Positions 1 to 12,949 of a DNA stretch of 64,000 bases are shown here, in pieces (positions within the stretch are counted from its first letter, which is position 1; each line of letters starts with the position of its first letter). The notes under the pieces are model-generated. The model was not told the DNA's origin and did no database searches. It worked only from the letters and a program-made list of their open reading frames with translations. The position numbers and the translations under genes are program-made. This DNA is from Hypanus sabinus (lineage: Eukaryota), in the NCBI RefSeq assembly GCF_030144855.1, contig NW_026781548.1, forward strand, positions 186,001 to 250,000, written 5' to 3'.

Positions 1-289
1 GAATCGGATGTCTGAAAATAGGCTGATTAATAATCCTGCAGATGACACAAAAAAACATTTATTTACAAATATACACAAAGTGCGGGACAGTTTTCATGCG
101 TTCGCTTCCAATTCACTCTAAAGAGCAAGACGTTTACACAGAGAGCCGTGGGTACATGGGATGCACTTCATGTTGTGGTGTTCCACGCACAAGGATAAGT
201 GGCCTTTACGAGAAGCCGAGACAGACACGCATCTATGAGGAAAATGGAAAGATATGCTAATTTGACCAGAAAATATTAGTTAGCGATTA

Positions 290-2960
290 TAGAAACATTG
301 AAAATCTACAGCACATTACAGGAACTTCAGACCACAATTGCTGTGCTGAGCATTTACTTACTTTATTAATTACTTAGTCTTACCGATAGGCCTCTATTTT
401 TTAAGCTCCATCTGCCGATCCAGCCTATCTTAAGACCCTATCTTATCGGCCTTCACCACCGTCACCGGCAGCCCATTGCACGCACTCACCAATCTCTGTG
501 TGGAAAACGTAACCTGACGTCTCCGCTGTACCTCCTTCCAGCAGCTTAAAGCAGGCGCTCACATTATAGCCATTTCAACCCGGGATAAAGCCACTGTCTA
601 TCCATATTATCAATGCCTCTCATCATCTTATACAGCTCTGTAATGTCAACTCTCATCTTCCTTCGTTCGAGGGGAAAAGCTCTATTCTCGTTCCACATGT
701 TTAGTCACATCCTGAAAAAAAATTCAATCAGACTCGTCGGGCACGACCTGCCCTTGACAAAGACATGCTGACTATTCCTAATCATGTAATAACTCTCCAA
801 ATGTTCCTAAATGCTTCCTCTCAGGATCCACTAAATCAACTGACCAACCAGAGAGCTAAGACACAGTGACCTTTAATTTCCTGGGCTAACTCTACTCCCT
901 TTCTTGAATAAAGGAACGACATCCGTAACCTGCAATTCCTGCGGAGCCTCTCCCGTCCCCATTGATGATGCAAAGATCATCGTCAGAGGCTCGGAAACTC
1001 CTCCCTCGCTTACGACAGTAGCCTGGGGTACTCCTCGTCCGCTGCTCGCGACTTATCGAACTTGATGCAGTACAGAAGTTCCAGAACATCCTCTTTGTTA
1101 ATGTCTGCATGCTCAACATATTCGGATTGCTGCAAGTCATCCCTCAACCGCCAAAATCCCTTCCCACAGTGAATACTGAAGTTAAGAATTCTTGAGGTAC
1201 CTCTGCTTTCTCCCGGTTCCATACGCACTGTTCCACTGTCACACGTGATAGTTCCTGTTCTTTTTCGGCTTATCCATTTGCTCTTCACATGCTCATAGAA
1301 TACATTGGGGTTTCCCTTCATCCTGCCCGGCAAGGGCTTCACATGCCCCGTTCTCGCCCTCCTAATTTCCTTCTTAGGCTCCTTCCTCTTTGCCTTATAC
1401 TCTTCTAGATCTCCAACATTACCAAGCTCTGAACCATTTGTAAGTTTTTTCTTTCCTTCTTGACTAGATTTATTACAGCGTATGTACACCACGGATCATG
1501 TACCTAACCACAACTTCTCTGACTCATGAGAACGTACCTATGCAGGACTTCACACAGATAAACGCTGAACATCTGTTACATTTCATCCATACATTTCCCT
1601 GAGAAAATCCGTTCCCAATTTAAGATTACAACTTCCGTCAAGATAGCCTCACAATTAATATTAGTCCAAATAAACGCTTTTCAAGTTGTTTGTTCCTATA
1701 ACGCTCCAATGCTATTGTTGTGGAGACAGAGATATGATCGCTATCTCCAAAATGCTCTCCCATCGAGAGATCTGACCCCAGACCAGATTCGCTTCTGAAT
1801 TCCAAATCAAGTACAGTGCCTTGTAGGCTGATCTACGTATTTTGTCAAGAACACACCTAGCAAGCTCCAACCCAAATAAACTCTTGTTCCAGGGAGATGC
1901 CAATCGATATTGGGGGAATTGAAACTTACCATTAGGACAAATCTGCTATAAAATCATTTATCCAGTATCTCTTCCCCTACTTGCGCCTCGATATCCCTGT
2001 TATCTTTGGTCGGCCCATAAAAACACCCAGTGAGATTATTGATCATTCATGTTCCTAAGCTCCACCCACAGAGACTCCGTAGACAATTCCACCATGATAA
2101 TCGCTTTGATCAACAGTGGCACGCCACCTCGTCTTTTGCCTCCTTCCCTGTCCCTGAGCCATTCATGTCCCTGTAATGGCCACCACATCATAGGTTCAAG
2201 AACGGATACATGCGCTATGCTCATCCGCATTTTTCACAGTACTCATTGTGTTGCAATAGACAAATCTCATACCCTCAGTCTGAGCGCGTCCCTTTCCTAT
2301 CACCTGCCTAAGCTGCCTCTCGCACTGTCTACAAGCTTTCACTATTTGTAAGACAAACTCCTCATCTCCAGTCTCTTCAGTTCGGTTCCGACGCCCCACA
2401 ATTCCAGATGAAACTCTCCCCAGTAGCCTGAGCAAACCGCTTCACCAGGTTATTGGTCCCACTGTGATTCAAGTTTGACCCGCCCCGTTGTACAGGTCAC
2501 ACCTGCCCTAAAAGAGGTCCCAATGATCCAGAAATCTGAATCCCTGTCCCGTGCACCAGTCCCTTTGCAATACATGTAACCTCCATCTCATTCTATTCTT
2601 ACACTCACTGTCGCGCGGCTCAGGGAATAATTCCGAAATTATGACTTTCGCGGTCCTGCTTCTCAACTTCCCTTCTGTCAACTTCCTGCCTGTTCCCCTC
2701 CGCCACCAACAGTACTCAAACAGGAGTACTTATTGTCAAGCGGTACCATAATAGGAGCATTCTCTCGTACTTACTCTTCCCATTCCCTCTCATGACTATG
2801 ACCCACTTGTCTGTCTTCTGTAACCCCAGTGTGAAGTACTCTTCCTATCGGCTTCTCGCTCTCCATGACCTAACGAAAGTTATCGAGCTGCAGCTCGACA
2901 CAGCCGTCCAGATACGTCCTCCAACATCTGACACCGAGCACAGAAAACCAGTCTCACACA
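290..2960 (-). mobile_element. CR1-clade LINE, degenerate and internally deleted (ORF1, endonuclease, tether, part of RT, 3' tail)
   Basis: 3' tail reads ...tgtaatgtgctgtagattttcaatgtttcta on minus near 290-323. An RT segment encoding a GRSC-type motif lies at ~700-790. ORF 1010-1492 matches the CR1 ORF2 tether region (KGNPNVFYEHVKSK). EN-like GEHFGDSDH and STESLWVELRN occur at ~1730-2150. ORF1-like sequence lies at ~2300-2950. Confidence 0.85.
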
Positions 2961-3004
2961 CATACTTCCTTTCCGCAATTACCACAGGCAAAGCTACGTC
3001 TCCG

Positions 3005-5730
3005 TTGCAGACTGTCAGATTGCAGGATGTTGCGGCCATCACGGAATCGTGGCTGAAGTTTGGTCGCATTTCGGATCTTGCTGTCCAAGGCTACACGTTG
3101 TATAGGAGGAATTGGAAGGTCTTTAGATTGGATGGCGTGGCTGTACACGTAAAGAATGGTTTCAGCTCAGTAAAAAGATGTGACGCAGGATCGTAAGCTG
3201 TGAAATCATTGCGGGTTGTGTTACGAAACTGACGGGGTAAAAGGATGCTCATTGGTGGTGTATGCAGGTCTCCCGGCAGTAGCTGGAAAACAGACAAGAG
3301 ATTTCAAATGGAAAAATGTGTGCATAAATGGCAATGCTATGATAGCCATGGGATTGTTCAACATGCAGCTCGACTGGGTTGGTTTGTTTTACCAGTTTGT
3401 CCTTAAGCCGACTTGAGGATCAGCTGTACTGGATTTGCTGCTATGAAATGAATCGGAAATGAGTAGGGAGCTTAAGGTAAACGAACTTTTGGGAGGCAGT
3501 GATCACAATATATTTGGGTTCAATTTCAGATATGATGGGGAATATTAAAGTGACGCAGCAGTATTTCAGTGGAGTAAAGGAAATTACAGTGTTATGAGAA
3601 AAGTATTGGCAAAATGAAAATTGAAGGAGACGCTGTCAGGATTGTCAGCAGGGCCTAAATGCAGCGAGTTTCTGGTAAAACAGAGGAACGTGAAGAATAT
3701 AGTCATTCTAAAAACAAATAAATACTCAAACTACAAGTTAGCACAATCGTGGCAAAACGTAAAAGTAAAAGAGAAGGCATATAACAAAGCAATAACTACT
3801 GGGAAAACAGCGTATTGTGGAGTTTTTAAAAACCTACTGAGAACATCTAACAGAATAATTCGAAGGGAAAATATGAAATATGAAAGCAAGCTCGTGAAGA
3901 ATATCAATGTGGTTAGCGAAATCGATTTCAAGTGCAGAAAAATCAAATAGAAATGAGAATGGATAAAGGAAAGCTAGAAGATGAGGCAGGAGAAATACTA
4001 AAGAGGAGGTCAAGGAGATGGCAATAAAAGAAATGAGTATTTTGCATCAGTCGTCACTGTGGAAGTTACTAGCCGTTTGTCTGGTGGTGTAGTGTGTGAA
4101 GGAACAGAAATGGACGCCGTTATTCTTACAAGAGAGAAGGTGCTCAAAAAGCTGAAAGACCAAAGAGCCCATAAGCAACCTGGGCCAAACGAACTCCACA
4201 TTAGGGTTCTTAAAGTGTGAGCGGCAGAGATTGTGGAGGCATTAACAATGATCTTTCTAAACCATTGGATTCTCGCATGGTGCCAGAGGTCAGAAAAATT
4301 GCAAATGCCACTTCACTCTTTAGGAAACGAGGAAGACAGTAGAAAAGGAGTTATATACGGAATAGCGTGACAGTGATTGGAAGATTTTGGATTCACTTGT
4401 TAAGGATAAGGTAACAGAGGACGAGGTCGGAGAAAGCACGTTCCTTTGCTGTCTCCCTCGGTGTCTTTCGCAGATATCATCATGCACAAGGGACACACCT
4501 AACGCAGAATTTACCTGTAGGACATTACAGGTAGGATCGATAAAGCGGGCATAGTTGATGTTGTGTATTTGGAATGTGAAAAAAAATCCTTTTAGAAGGT
4601 GCCACTCATGAGGCTGCTTATCAAATTAAGAGTCGATGGTCTTACAAGAAATAACGGTAGGAGCAACCGAGCGGAAATAAAATGATCCGTTTCTGGTTGC
4701 CTGCCCGTGACGAGTGGTGTTCCGAACGTGTCGGTGTATGGACCACCTTTTATTTTTAGCTCGATATCAATGATAGCGTAGACTAAATGAAGTAGATTAA
4801 TTCGTTGCCAAGTTTGCAGAAGGTCCAAGTAGTGGTGCCGGGTCAGGTAATGCTGAGGAAAGAGGTCGCTGGCAAAGAACCTCGGTCAGATTAGGAGAAT
4901 TGGCAGGAAAGTGACAAGGGGAAAATACAGTGAGTGCACAACCATGCACTTTGCTGGTGGAAATACATTTGGAGATTATTTGCTGATCGTGTATAAAATC
5001 CACTAAATTGCGGTGCAATGGGAACTTGGAGTCCTTGTGGCGAGCGCCTGAAGGGTTAAAATGCAGGTGTAAAGTGCAGGTGGACTCGGAGGTAAGGAAG
5101 GAAACTTTAATATTAACATTCATTTTAAGAGGTCTAGTTTACAGGAACAGTGATGCTATGCTGAAGCTTCACGAGACCGTGCTGAAGCCTCAGCGCAAGG
5201 ATACTGAGCAGTTTTCGGATCCTCGTCTAACAAAAGATTTTCTGGCATTGGAGAGGGCCCCGAGAAATCACAAGCACGATCCCAGGGATGAAAGTGTTAT
5301 CATATTTGTACTGTTTGTGTGCTCTGGGTCTGTACCTGCCAGAACTTCAGAGGGATGAGGTGGTATCTCAGTTCAAAGTTTCGCATTTTGAAAAGCCGAG
5401 GCAGAGTGGATGTGGAAAGGATGCTTCCCAGGGTTGGGGTGTCTCAGTCAAGAGGGCAGAGGCTCAGAATACAGAGGCGTCCATTTAAAACAGCGAACCA
5501 GTGAATTTTGTTTCGCCAGAGGGTGGGGAATTTGGGGAATTTGTTTGCATTTACAGGGAATGTCATGCCCTTCGGTTTAGTTAAGGCAGAGATTTATTGG
5601 TTGTTGATTGGACACAGCATTAAACGTTACGGGGACAGGGGCGAAGAATGGCGCCGTAGAGTGAAGTAAATGATCAGCCGTGACTAAGCAGACACGATGG
5701 GCCTAATTTTGTTCCTATACACTATGGACT
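3005..5730 (+). mobile_element. CR1-clade LINE ORF2 relic (EN to RT to 3' UTR), different subfamily from the adjacent copy
   Basis: Starts with the EN motif DVAAITESWL...QGYTLYRR. Has DLLL-NE/GSDHN-like EN end near 3430-3510, RT SGVP motif near 4710-4750, and a CR1-type 3' end near 5670-5730. Many stops and frameshifts. Confidence 0.85.
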
Positions 5731-7949
5731 TACATTCTTGTGGTCTGAAATCCCTGAGAGTTACGGACATTTTTTAAAAAAACAGTTTTGCATACGTCAG
5801 TACCACGTTGATTAGTTGCAAATGCCGGCGATGTGAGGGAACTGATCGAAACTATATAGAAAGAAAACGTGGATTGCAGCTGTCAAGCCCGAATGAATGC
5901 GCTCGGCCCGCGACGTCGAGCGCTTATTTATGTCAAGAGATGCAACCCGATGGGTTTCCCCAGCATCTTGTGTGTGACTCTGTTCTAAGTTCAAAATTCA
6001 AAGTATTATCAATGTAATGCCAATGCTCATACATTTACCGGCATGTTTTAGGTATTTCATTCAGCAGTGCGGTCAGAGCAGTCTGTTGTGCTGTCAACCT
6101 GTCTGAGTTACTGTTGAAGATAACGAATGCGCGCTGTGGAATTGGTTCGGTGGATTTCGGGGGAGCTTTTTTTGGCCGAGGGGCACCAAGGTTGGTCTTG
6201 TTTCTCTTTTTCTATTTTAGCGCGGCATGAGAAGAGGAATGAAGACGCCGGAAGAACAGATCGTTGGATTAAATCGGGTGTGAGAGCCGTTTGTTCGAGA
6301 TGGATTTCCAGCGCCGTTCGTAAGGTCTTGTGTGCTTTCACTGTGACCGAGGGACCAGCAGTGAGTGTCAGGGAGGTTCAAGATTAGTTCCAACTTGTGC
6401 ATATTTTTAACTGTTAAATAGAATGGACTTTGTTATTTTGTTCCTCTTTACTAAGCACTTAATTAAGATTCATAAATATAATCCCTTTAATCTTACGCTG
6501 TCCGTGAACACATGACACTCATTTACAACAGGGTTGCAAATTTCATAGCAGCAAAACTGATGTGGTTTTGTTTGGAATCGAGCCATCTCAATCTCACTTG
6601 TTTGTGGGGAACAAAGAATACTTTATCCTGACTTAAGCAACGAAAGAATCCCGGCGGTTAGGGGGGTATCTTCAGTGCATGTACTTGTCTGTATACCACG
6701 TTGTATACCACGTGATAAATATCCTTGCTGGGATACTCAATAAGTTCTGAATAGAATAACACCCATGACAGAATCGATGACAGACGGCAACCACTGAGGC
6801 GCTCAGCCGGAAAGTGTAAGAAGACCACTGTCCTCTGAGCTCTCTCTTTAACAAGACGCTTTCGGATTGAAATGGCGCTCTCTGGAAGTTTTTCCTGGCT
6901 TCATGACTGATAAACTATCCTTCCTAACCACATTCGCTTGCCCTCTACCTGTAACTATTGAAATATTCTGCAATCAAGGGATGATCAACATTTGCTGTAA
7001 CATAAGGTCCTTCCAACCTCTGCTTTAAACATAAAGACATGCAGACCGATCTCAATCGATTTCAGCGGTTATATTATGTGTATCAGTATAACCCAGAATT
7101 TAGATTTATTTTCCGATTCTCTGTGAATAATATCTTTAGATAACGTGATATCCTAGNNNNNNNNNNNNNNNNNNNNNNNNNNNNNNNNNNNNNNNNNNNN
7201 NNNNNNNNNNNNNNNNNNNNNNNNNNNNNNNNNNNNNNNNNNNNNNNNNNNNNNNNNNNNNNNNNNNNNNNNNNNNNNNNNNNNNNNNNNNNNNNNNNNN
7301 NNNNNNNNNNNNNNNNNNNNNNNNNNNNNNNNNNNNNNNNNNNNNNNNNNNNNNNNNNNNNNNNNNNNNNNNNNNNNNNNNNNNNNNNNNNTTCACTAAG
7401 TCTCGACTCCGTTGAACCGATTGCCAATTACCAGGAAGAAGTATCTGCATCGTGATAAACAGCGAAGTCAATGATGAGCCACTGGTTATGAAAGAACAGG
7501 ATGTTTTAAGGACTGGGGAGAGTTAAAGGGTTCGTGGCTTATTTTCCTGTCCTTTCAGGACTCTATGTAGTAAGGGTGCAGCTTAGAGGGACGTTGCTGA
7601 ATTTTTGGCCTGCTTTTTTTTTCTTTTGAACGGGGATTTCATTGAATTGAATTGAGTGAATCTTTTTTGTCATTATACATATGTACAATGAACCTCTGCT
7701 TTGCTTCATCTCAGACAATGAAACACAGCGTTAGATTAAAAACAACAGAGTAATAGGAAAACAGTATTAAATAGATTAGCGGAAAATAAGTTCCAGCACC
7801 ACCAGGATATCACAGTAATTCACATGCTGAATTCAGGTTCAGGAGCAGTTGTGACATCGCAAGCATCAGGTTCATGAAGAGGAATGTCTAGCTTCACTCA
7901 CCCCTACAATGAAACAACCTGAACCAAATACCCTTATTGCAAAATGACT

Positions 7950-8400
7950 CGGAACTTGGAGTATGCAGTAGATTTTTAGTGTTTTAGCGTTCTGGAGATT
8001 TACAAACATATTTCGTCTCTATGGCTATTTTTTAATGCTATTCTGTAATGACTGGGAGGTTAAGTCGTTGTAAATATTACTTTTGGGAAAATATTAACCC
8101 TGTTCATGTGCCATTCACTGTCACTTTCCTCTTTTAATTCAGCATATGTTGGTGTATTCCAAGCATGGATTTCTGTATGTTATCTGAGTTCGTAATGGCT
8201 TTATCTATTGTATAATTTGATGTTATTTGTCTACCCTGTGTTGTTTTTATCCGGACGGTTATGATGTATTCTCCTCTCTGTAATCACCGATCGGTCGTCA
8301 GATAATTTGTCAGAATCTGATTCTTGTATTTAAAGTAAGTTACTGCGTTCTTTCTGTTTCTCAGCATCTGGTGAAACCTCATGTCCGGACACGACCAATC
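7950..8400 (-). mobile_element. R4/Dong-like non-LTR retrotransposon relic (restriction-like endonuclease C-terminus)
   Basis: Minus-strand translation gives ...ITERRIHHNRPD...YAELKEE..SEWHMNRVNIFPKVIFTT, matching the RPD...KYxELKxEIxRxW signature of R4-clade RLE domains. Paralogous to 21180-21830. Confidence 0.6.
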
Positions 8401-8699
8401 ACGCTCATTTCTCATCTGCTCGGAACATTCAGACTGTCTTGTTGGTGCTTATTATTATGGCCTTCCGGAGATGTCCGTAAACATTGCTGCGAAAATCACT
8501 TTCTGATTGGACTCCGGTGATCAGTGGAGTTCCGTAGCAATCGGTGTTGGGACCGCTTCTTATCGCGTTTTGCGTCATAATTCGGAGAACGATTTTTTTT
8601 TTTGTTTTATCTTTATGGCAGGGGCTAGGGATCATGCGAAATTAGATGGAAGGACAGATAGAGTTGATGATGTACGCTTCTTGCAGAAAGAGTAAGACA

Positions 8700-9850
8700 G
8701 ACTGGACAGTCAATAAATAATTGGCAGCAGGAACATAATGCAGGGAAGTGCCCAGTCTGACATGTTGGCACCGGGAATATAGGTCTGGATTATATCAAAA
8801 ATGGGAAGGAAAAACAGCTGAATTAAAAAACCGTATTTGCGGAGCCACATCAGAGTCTGTGTTGAGGAAGACAAATAAATGTTCCAATCTATTTTCAGAG
8901 GACTGGAGTTTGAAAACAACTCCTTCGCCATGTAATAAACTGTATACTCTCTGTAGAGGCCGGAATATTTTAACAATGAGGAGAAGATTGAAACAAGCAG
9001 GGGTGTCAGAGCCTTTTGTGAAGATTGCATACAGGGAAATTTGCAGAATGCTGAGGAAGCCAAATGCAATGTCGTTGTAACACTCGGCTCTCTCAACCGA
9101 CGTTCATCTTGGGCAAACTGCATTTGTCCATGCCAAACTCTGTACCGATGTGTGCGTAGAAGCTGTGCAGTGCACTCCGGTACAAGCCCACAACGTAAAA
9201 TATCAGAGACAGCACAATGATTACACATGGTGGTGTGGTTAGTAGAAACAGAAGAAACCTAGTCACAAAGAGATCACTGTTTGGACTCTGTGTTCTAGCA
9301 GCCAGTGAGGGTGAGTTTATTTTCATTCGGATGCGAAAATGTGGATGCCAAAGAGATAATCAGCAGGAGTGGGTTCACTAGTGATGGGGAAAGCTTTGTG
9401 AATACAACGTGTGTGTTTACCCCTTGTCTGGGTCTGGTAGTTCACTGAGGAAAGGCATCCCTGTGGCAAAACACTGCTGGAGTTTTTTCGTGGGTCGTGG
9501 AACTGGATAAGTGGCTATCACGTTGTGCGTGATTGTGGTAACCTTGTGGAATCTACCGGTGTGTCGACTATTGCCTATGTGGTGGTTCACTTGACGATGC
9601 TCCCCCTTGTGATGAGCTGGTGTTCGTGATGTTTCTTTTCAGGATTCAGTGGACAAAGGGAAGATCGACGGCACCTCCTTGTTTGGATTAAAAACATCTC
9701 TCTTTCACTTCAAATTCTGTACATTTCAGTTGAACAGAAATTTCTAACTTACCATCGTAAGAATTTAACTCCTGCCAGCTGAGCTTGAATGGGTTTGGTA
9801 ACTGTATTTTTTACACGCCTATATATACATAACCCTTGGCCTACCTGGTT
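8700..9850 (+). mobile_element. Possible Gypsy-type LTR retrotransposon relic (gag/protease-like remnant plus LTR-like sequence)
   Basis: Weak similarity to a zinc-knuckle/protease region at 8750-9050. Shares the exact 16-mer gggaagatcgacggca (9658-9673) with the solo LTR at 30549-31256 (30915-30930). Confidence 0.3.
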
Positions 9851-10156
9851 TAAGTTACTATATTATATAGTTACTAATAAAATAATGATTGTTAACAGCA
9901 AAACCAGACTCCGGTTGTGTTTTATTGCTGCTGCAACTTTTACAATGTTGTGTGTAAGTGGGCGGTACGTTCCCCAGGGTTGCGTGCACGTTGGGGATAT
10001 TTTCCTGTGTTGCATTTGCGTAACACGACCAAGTTGAACAGTCTTCTAATACCTCAGCATAAACCATCATTTGCTCTCTCCCATTTTCTCTATATTCTTT
10101 AAAAAAATCCTATTCTCGAATTTCTCTCTCGTTCGAGACGAACTGTCGTATTACTA

Positions 10157-10900
10157 GATAGATAGATACTTTATTCATCCCCAAGTGGAAATGCAACATT
10201 TTCCCAGTGTCCCATACACTTATTGTAGCAAGACTAATTACATACAGTATTTAACTCAGTATAAATTTGATATGCATCTAAAATCACCCTCCCAAAAAGC
10301 ATTAATAAATAGCTTTTAAAAAGTTCTTATATAGTTTACTAAAGTGCATTGAGTGGTAACTTAAGCTCAGATCTAACCCCGGCACTTTAACATGTCTTGC
10401 CCCTGGTGGTTGAATTGTAGAGCCAAATGGCATTGGGGAGTAATGATCTCTTCATCCTGTCTGAGGAGCATTGCGTTGACAACAACCTGCCGCTGATGCT
10501 GCTTCTCTGTCTCTGGATGGTGCTGTACAGAGGATGTTCAGGGTTTTCCATGATTGACCGTAGCCTACTCAGCGCCCTCCGCTCTGCCACCGATGTCATA
10601 CTCTCCAGTTCTGTGCCCACGACAGAGCCCGCCTTCCTTACCAGCTTATGAAGACGTGCGGTGTCCCACTTTTTAATGCTGCCTCCCCAGCACGCCACCA
10701 CAAAGAAGAGGGCGCTCTCCACAACTGACCGACAGAACATCTTCAGCATCACACTACAAACATTGAATGACGGCAGCCTTCTGAGGAAGTACAGTCGACT
10801 CTGTGCTTTCCTGCACAGGGCATCTGTGTTGACAGTCCAGTCTTGCTTCTCATCTAACTGCACTCCCGGATACTTGTAGGTCTTAACCTGCACACAATCT
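10157..10900 (-). mobile_element. Rex1/Babar-clade LINE 3' fragment
   Basis: ORF 10387-11007 contains YKYPGVQLDEKQDWTVNTDALCRKAQSRLYFLRRL...SFLPNAIxLYN-like C-terminus. Ends on minus with aataaa followed by a (tatc)n tail. Confidence 0.9.
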
Positions 10901-11262
10901 CCATTAATGATCAGAGTATATAGTATACTATAACAAAGTTGTAATTTCACTGCCACATTTCTAACTGTACTATTACCAGGTTCCCTCAGCATCGACAATT
11001 CTATCACTTTTGTGTCGTCTGCAAGACTATTTATGAGTCACGCCGACTTTCATCTAAGTCAAATGCCAGAACATTTCCAACAATTGTGTCAAGTAGAATG
11101 TCGGCCTTCCAGCACTTCCCTCTGGACTCTACTTAAGGCAATGTTATCCAATGCAACTGCCTCATGCTCAGCTCACCGGAACGAGTCCTTCTCAAAAGTC
11201 TTCCATCCAGTCAAATCCCAAATGTCTTCATTGTTCGACTGTCCGTACTAATGGGACAATTT

Positions 11263-11372
11263 ACAATGACCAATATACATATGAACACACAGGTGTTTGT
11301 TCTGTGGGAAGAATCAGGAGTACGCTGAGGACACCCAGGCGGTCACGCTTTACAGACAGCGGCGGGAAATAA
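11263..11372 (+). mobile_element. SINE core fragment (V-SINE/HE1-like)
   Basis: gacaatttacaatgaccaat...tgtgggaag...cggtcacg...ttacagacagcggcgggaa resembles the common fish/shark SINE core. Confidence 0.5.
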
Positions 11373-12026
11373 GTAGAACGGCGGATAATCAAACCGAGAA
11401 GGAGAGAGGCCAATCTACAAGGGAATCAATCAATAAATAAATAGACGTCATGTGCCATTTCCTCCGCAATCACCTTCCCCACATACCGACGGTCGTCAAT
11501 CCAATTTGACAGCTAGGACCACTACGAAAGAAAGTGTCCAAGAATGTCTTTAATTTCCCAGAGGCTTTGCGATGTGCATTGCTGCCCGGGCCGCACGACA
11601 GTTCTCCAAAGAACTCCGCAGCAAGCTGAGACTTGAGTCTGTCTACGGTTAAATAGTCTTCCTGAAGGGCTCGAAGGCAGGGGCCCTTGGAAACAATAGC
11701 CCTCGCCAGAGGAAAGAGACCGATCTACATCGGGCGTACCTGAGCAGGCATTAGGGCCGCAAGGTATACAGGCAGGGCACCACCATCGTATTGCAATGAT
11801 AATGGCAAGGCATGGCATGCAATTAAGTGTAGAATCTCCATTTTGAACTGAAGGAGACACAGGGAAACAGTGAAGAAAGTAAACTGGAAGGAGCAGAGTG
11901 GAAGCAGACTGGGGATTCTCCTTATCATGTTGGGGAATGGAGGGGTGGAGGCGGGAGGTACTCAGAGACGTCGACAGCACCAATGGAACTCCACATGCTA
12001 CTGACGAAATGGGAGATTTTGGGGCG

Positions 12027-12949
12027 TCACTTAAGATTAATGCTCTCCTGACAACGCCTGGATAACTTTGTCATTAGACGGAAGGGGGTTTTCACCGTCT
12101 CCTTGAACTGCAGCCTGAACCTGGTCTGGGCCACGGCGTAAAGAGCGGTGTTGGTGCAGCAGCTCAGGAGTTGAAGCATGTAGCCCAATTCCCGCAGACT
12201 ATACGGAGGAGAAGGGTCAACGTAAAAATCCACGATCTCCCATACGGAAAACACCGTCAGCAGCGCCCACAGCAGGATGAAATTCCCCGACATCACCAGC
12301 AGTAACAGGAGCGATTGCCTGCGGTTCTTCATCTGCGGGTCGGCGGGCCTCTCGCCTTCGCGCGAACCACGGAGTCTCCTCCGGGCTCGGCTGGCCACTA
12401 AGACGTGCCTGATGGTTAAAGTGTTTAACAGGAGAATGAAAAGAAATGGGAATACTGGGGTGAGGAAGAAATGAATCAGCAGAAACGCTGATTCCTGAGA
12501 TGGGGGAAAACGAAAAGAACGCATACAGAGCACGGAGATCACGAACACCGAATATGTCCCTTTGAGCAAAAAGTACCAGAAAATGTTCTTTCCGCAGCTC
12601 AGCAGAGTCACTGTCCCCAGAACCAGAGCCGCCGCTCTCCCGGTGCAGTATTTTAGTTTCAGCTTCTGAAAACAAATGGCGACAAACCGATCAAAAGTGA
12701 AAGTGACGGTGAACCAGACAGAACAGTCCGTGGCGGTGTAGAGCAGGACGGCGTGGATGTTACACACCGGAACACGTATCGACCAGCTGAAAACCTCAAG
12801 TGCCATGTAGGTCCCCGGAATCTTGCTCAATAGCAGATCGAAGAGAATGACGAGCTGATCCGCCACTACCATGGCAACCAGGTACCTTGTGACGCCTTTG
12901 GAGAGACCGCACCTTCCCCGCGACAGGACTAAGACTGTCACCACGTTCA
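12027..12949 (-). CDS. GPCR copy A, exon 2 (TM1 second half to C-terminus); class A orphan GPCR, GPR139/GPR142-like family
   Basis: Open frame with hydrophobic helices and motifs VILSRGxCGLS, ADQL (TM2), PVCN (TM3 Cys), FTFDRFVAIC, ECL2 Cys and LSCCTNTALY (TM7). Acceptor ttcgcacAG at 12951-12950, phase 1. Stop at 12027. Confidence 0.93.

Noticed and set aside
8710-9228. 172-aa minus-strand ORF
   Set aside because: No recognisable domain or splice context; it overlaps a probable LTR-element relic.
10387-11007. 206-aa ORF as a host gene
   Set aside because: It is the C-terminal part of a Rex1/Babar LINE ORF2 with a typical microsatellite tail.
12217-12675. Alternative-frame and antisense ORFs over the GPCR exons (also 42093-42728, 47688-48323)
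   Set aside because: They are shadows of GC-rich GPCR codons. They recur only because the genes are paralogous and have variable stops and no motifs.
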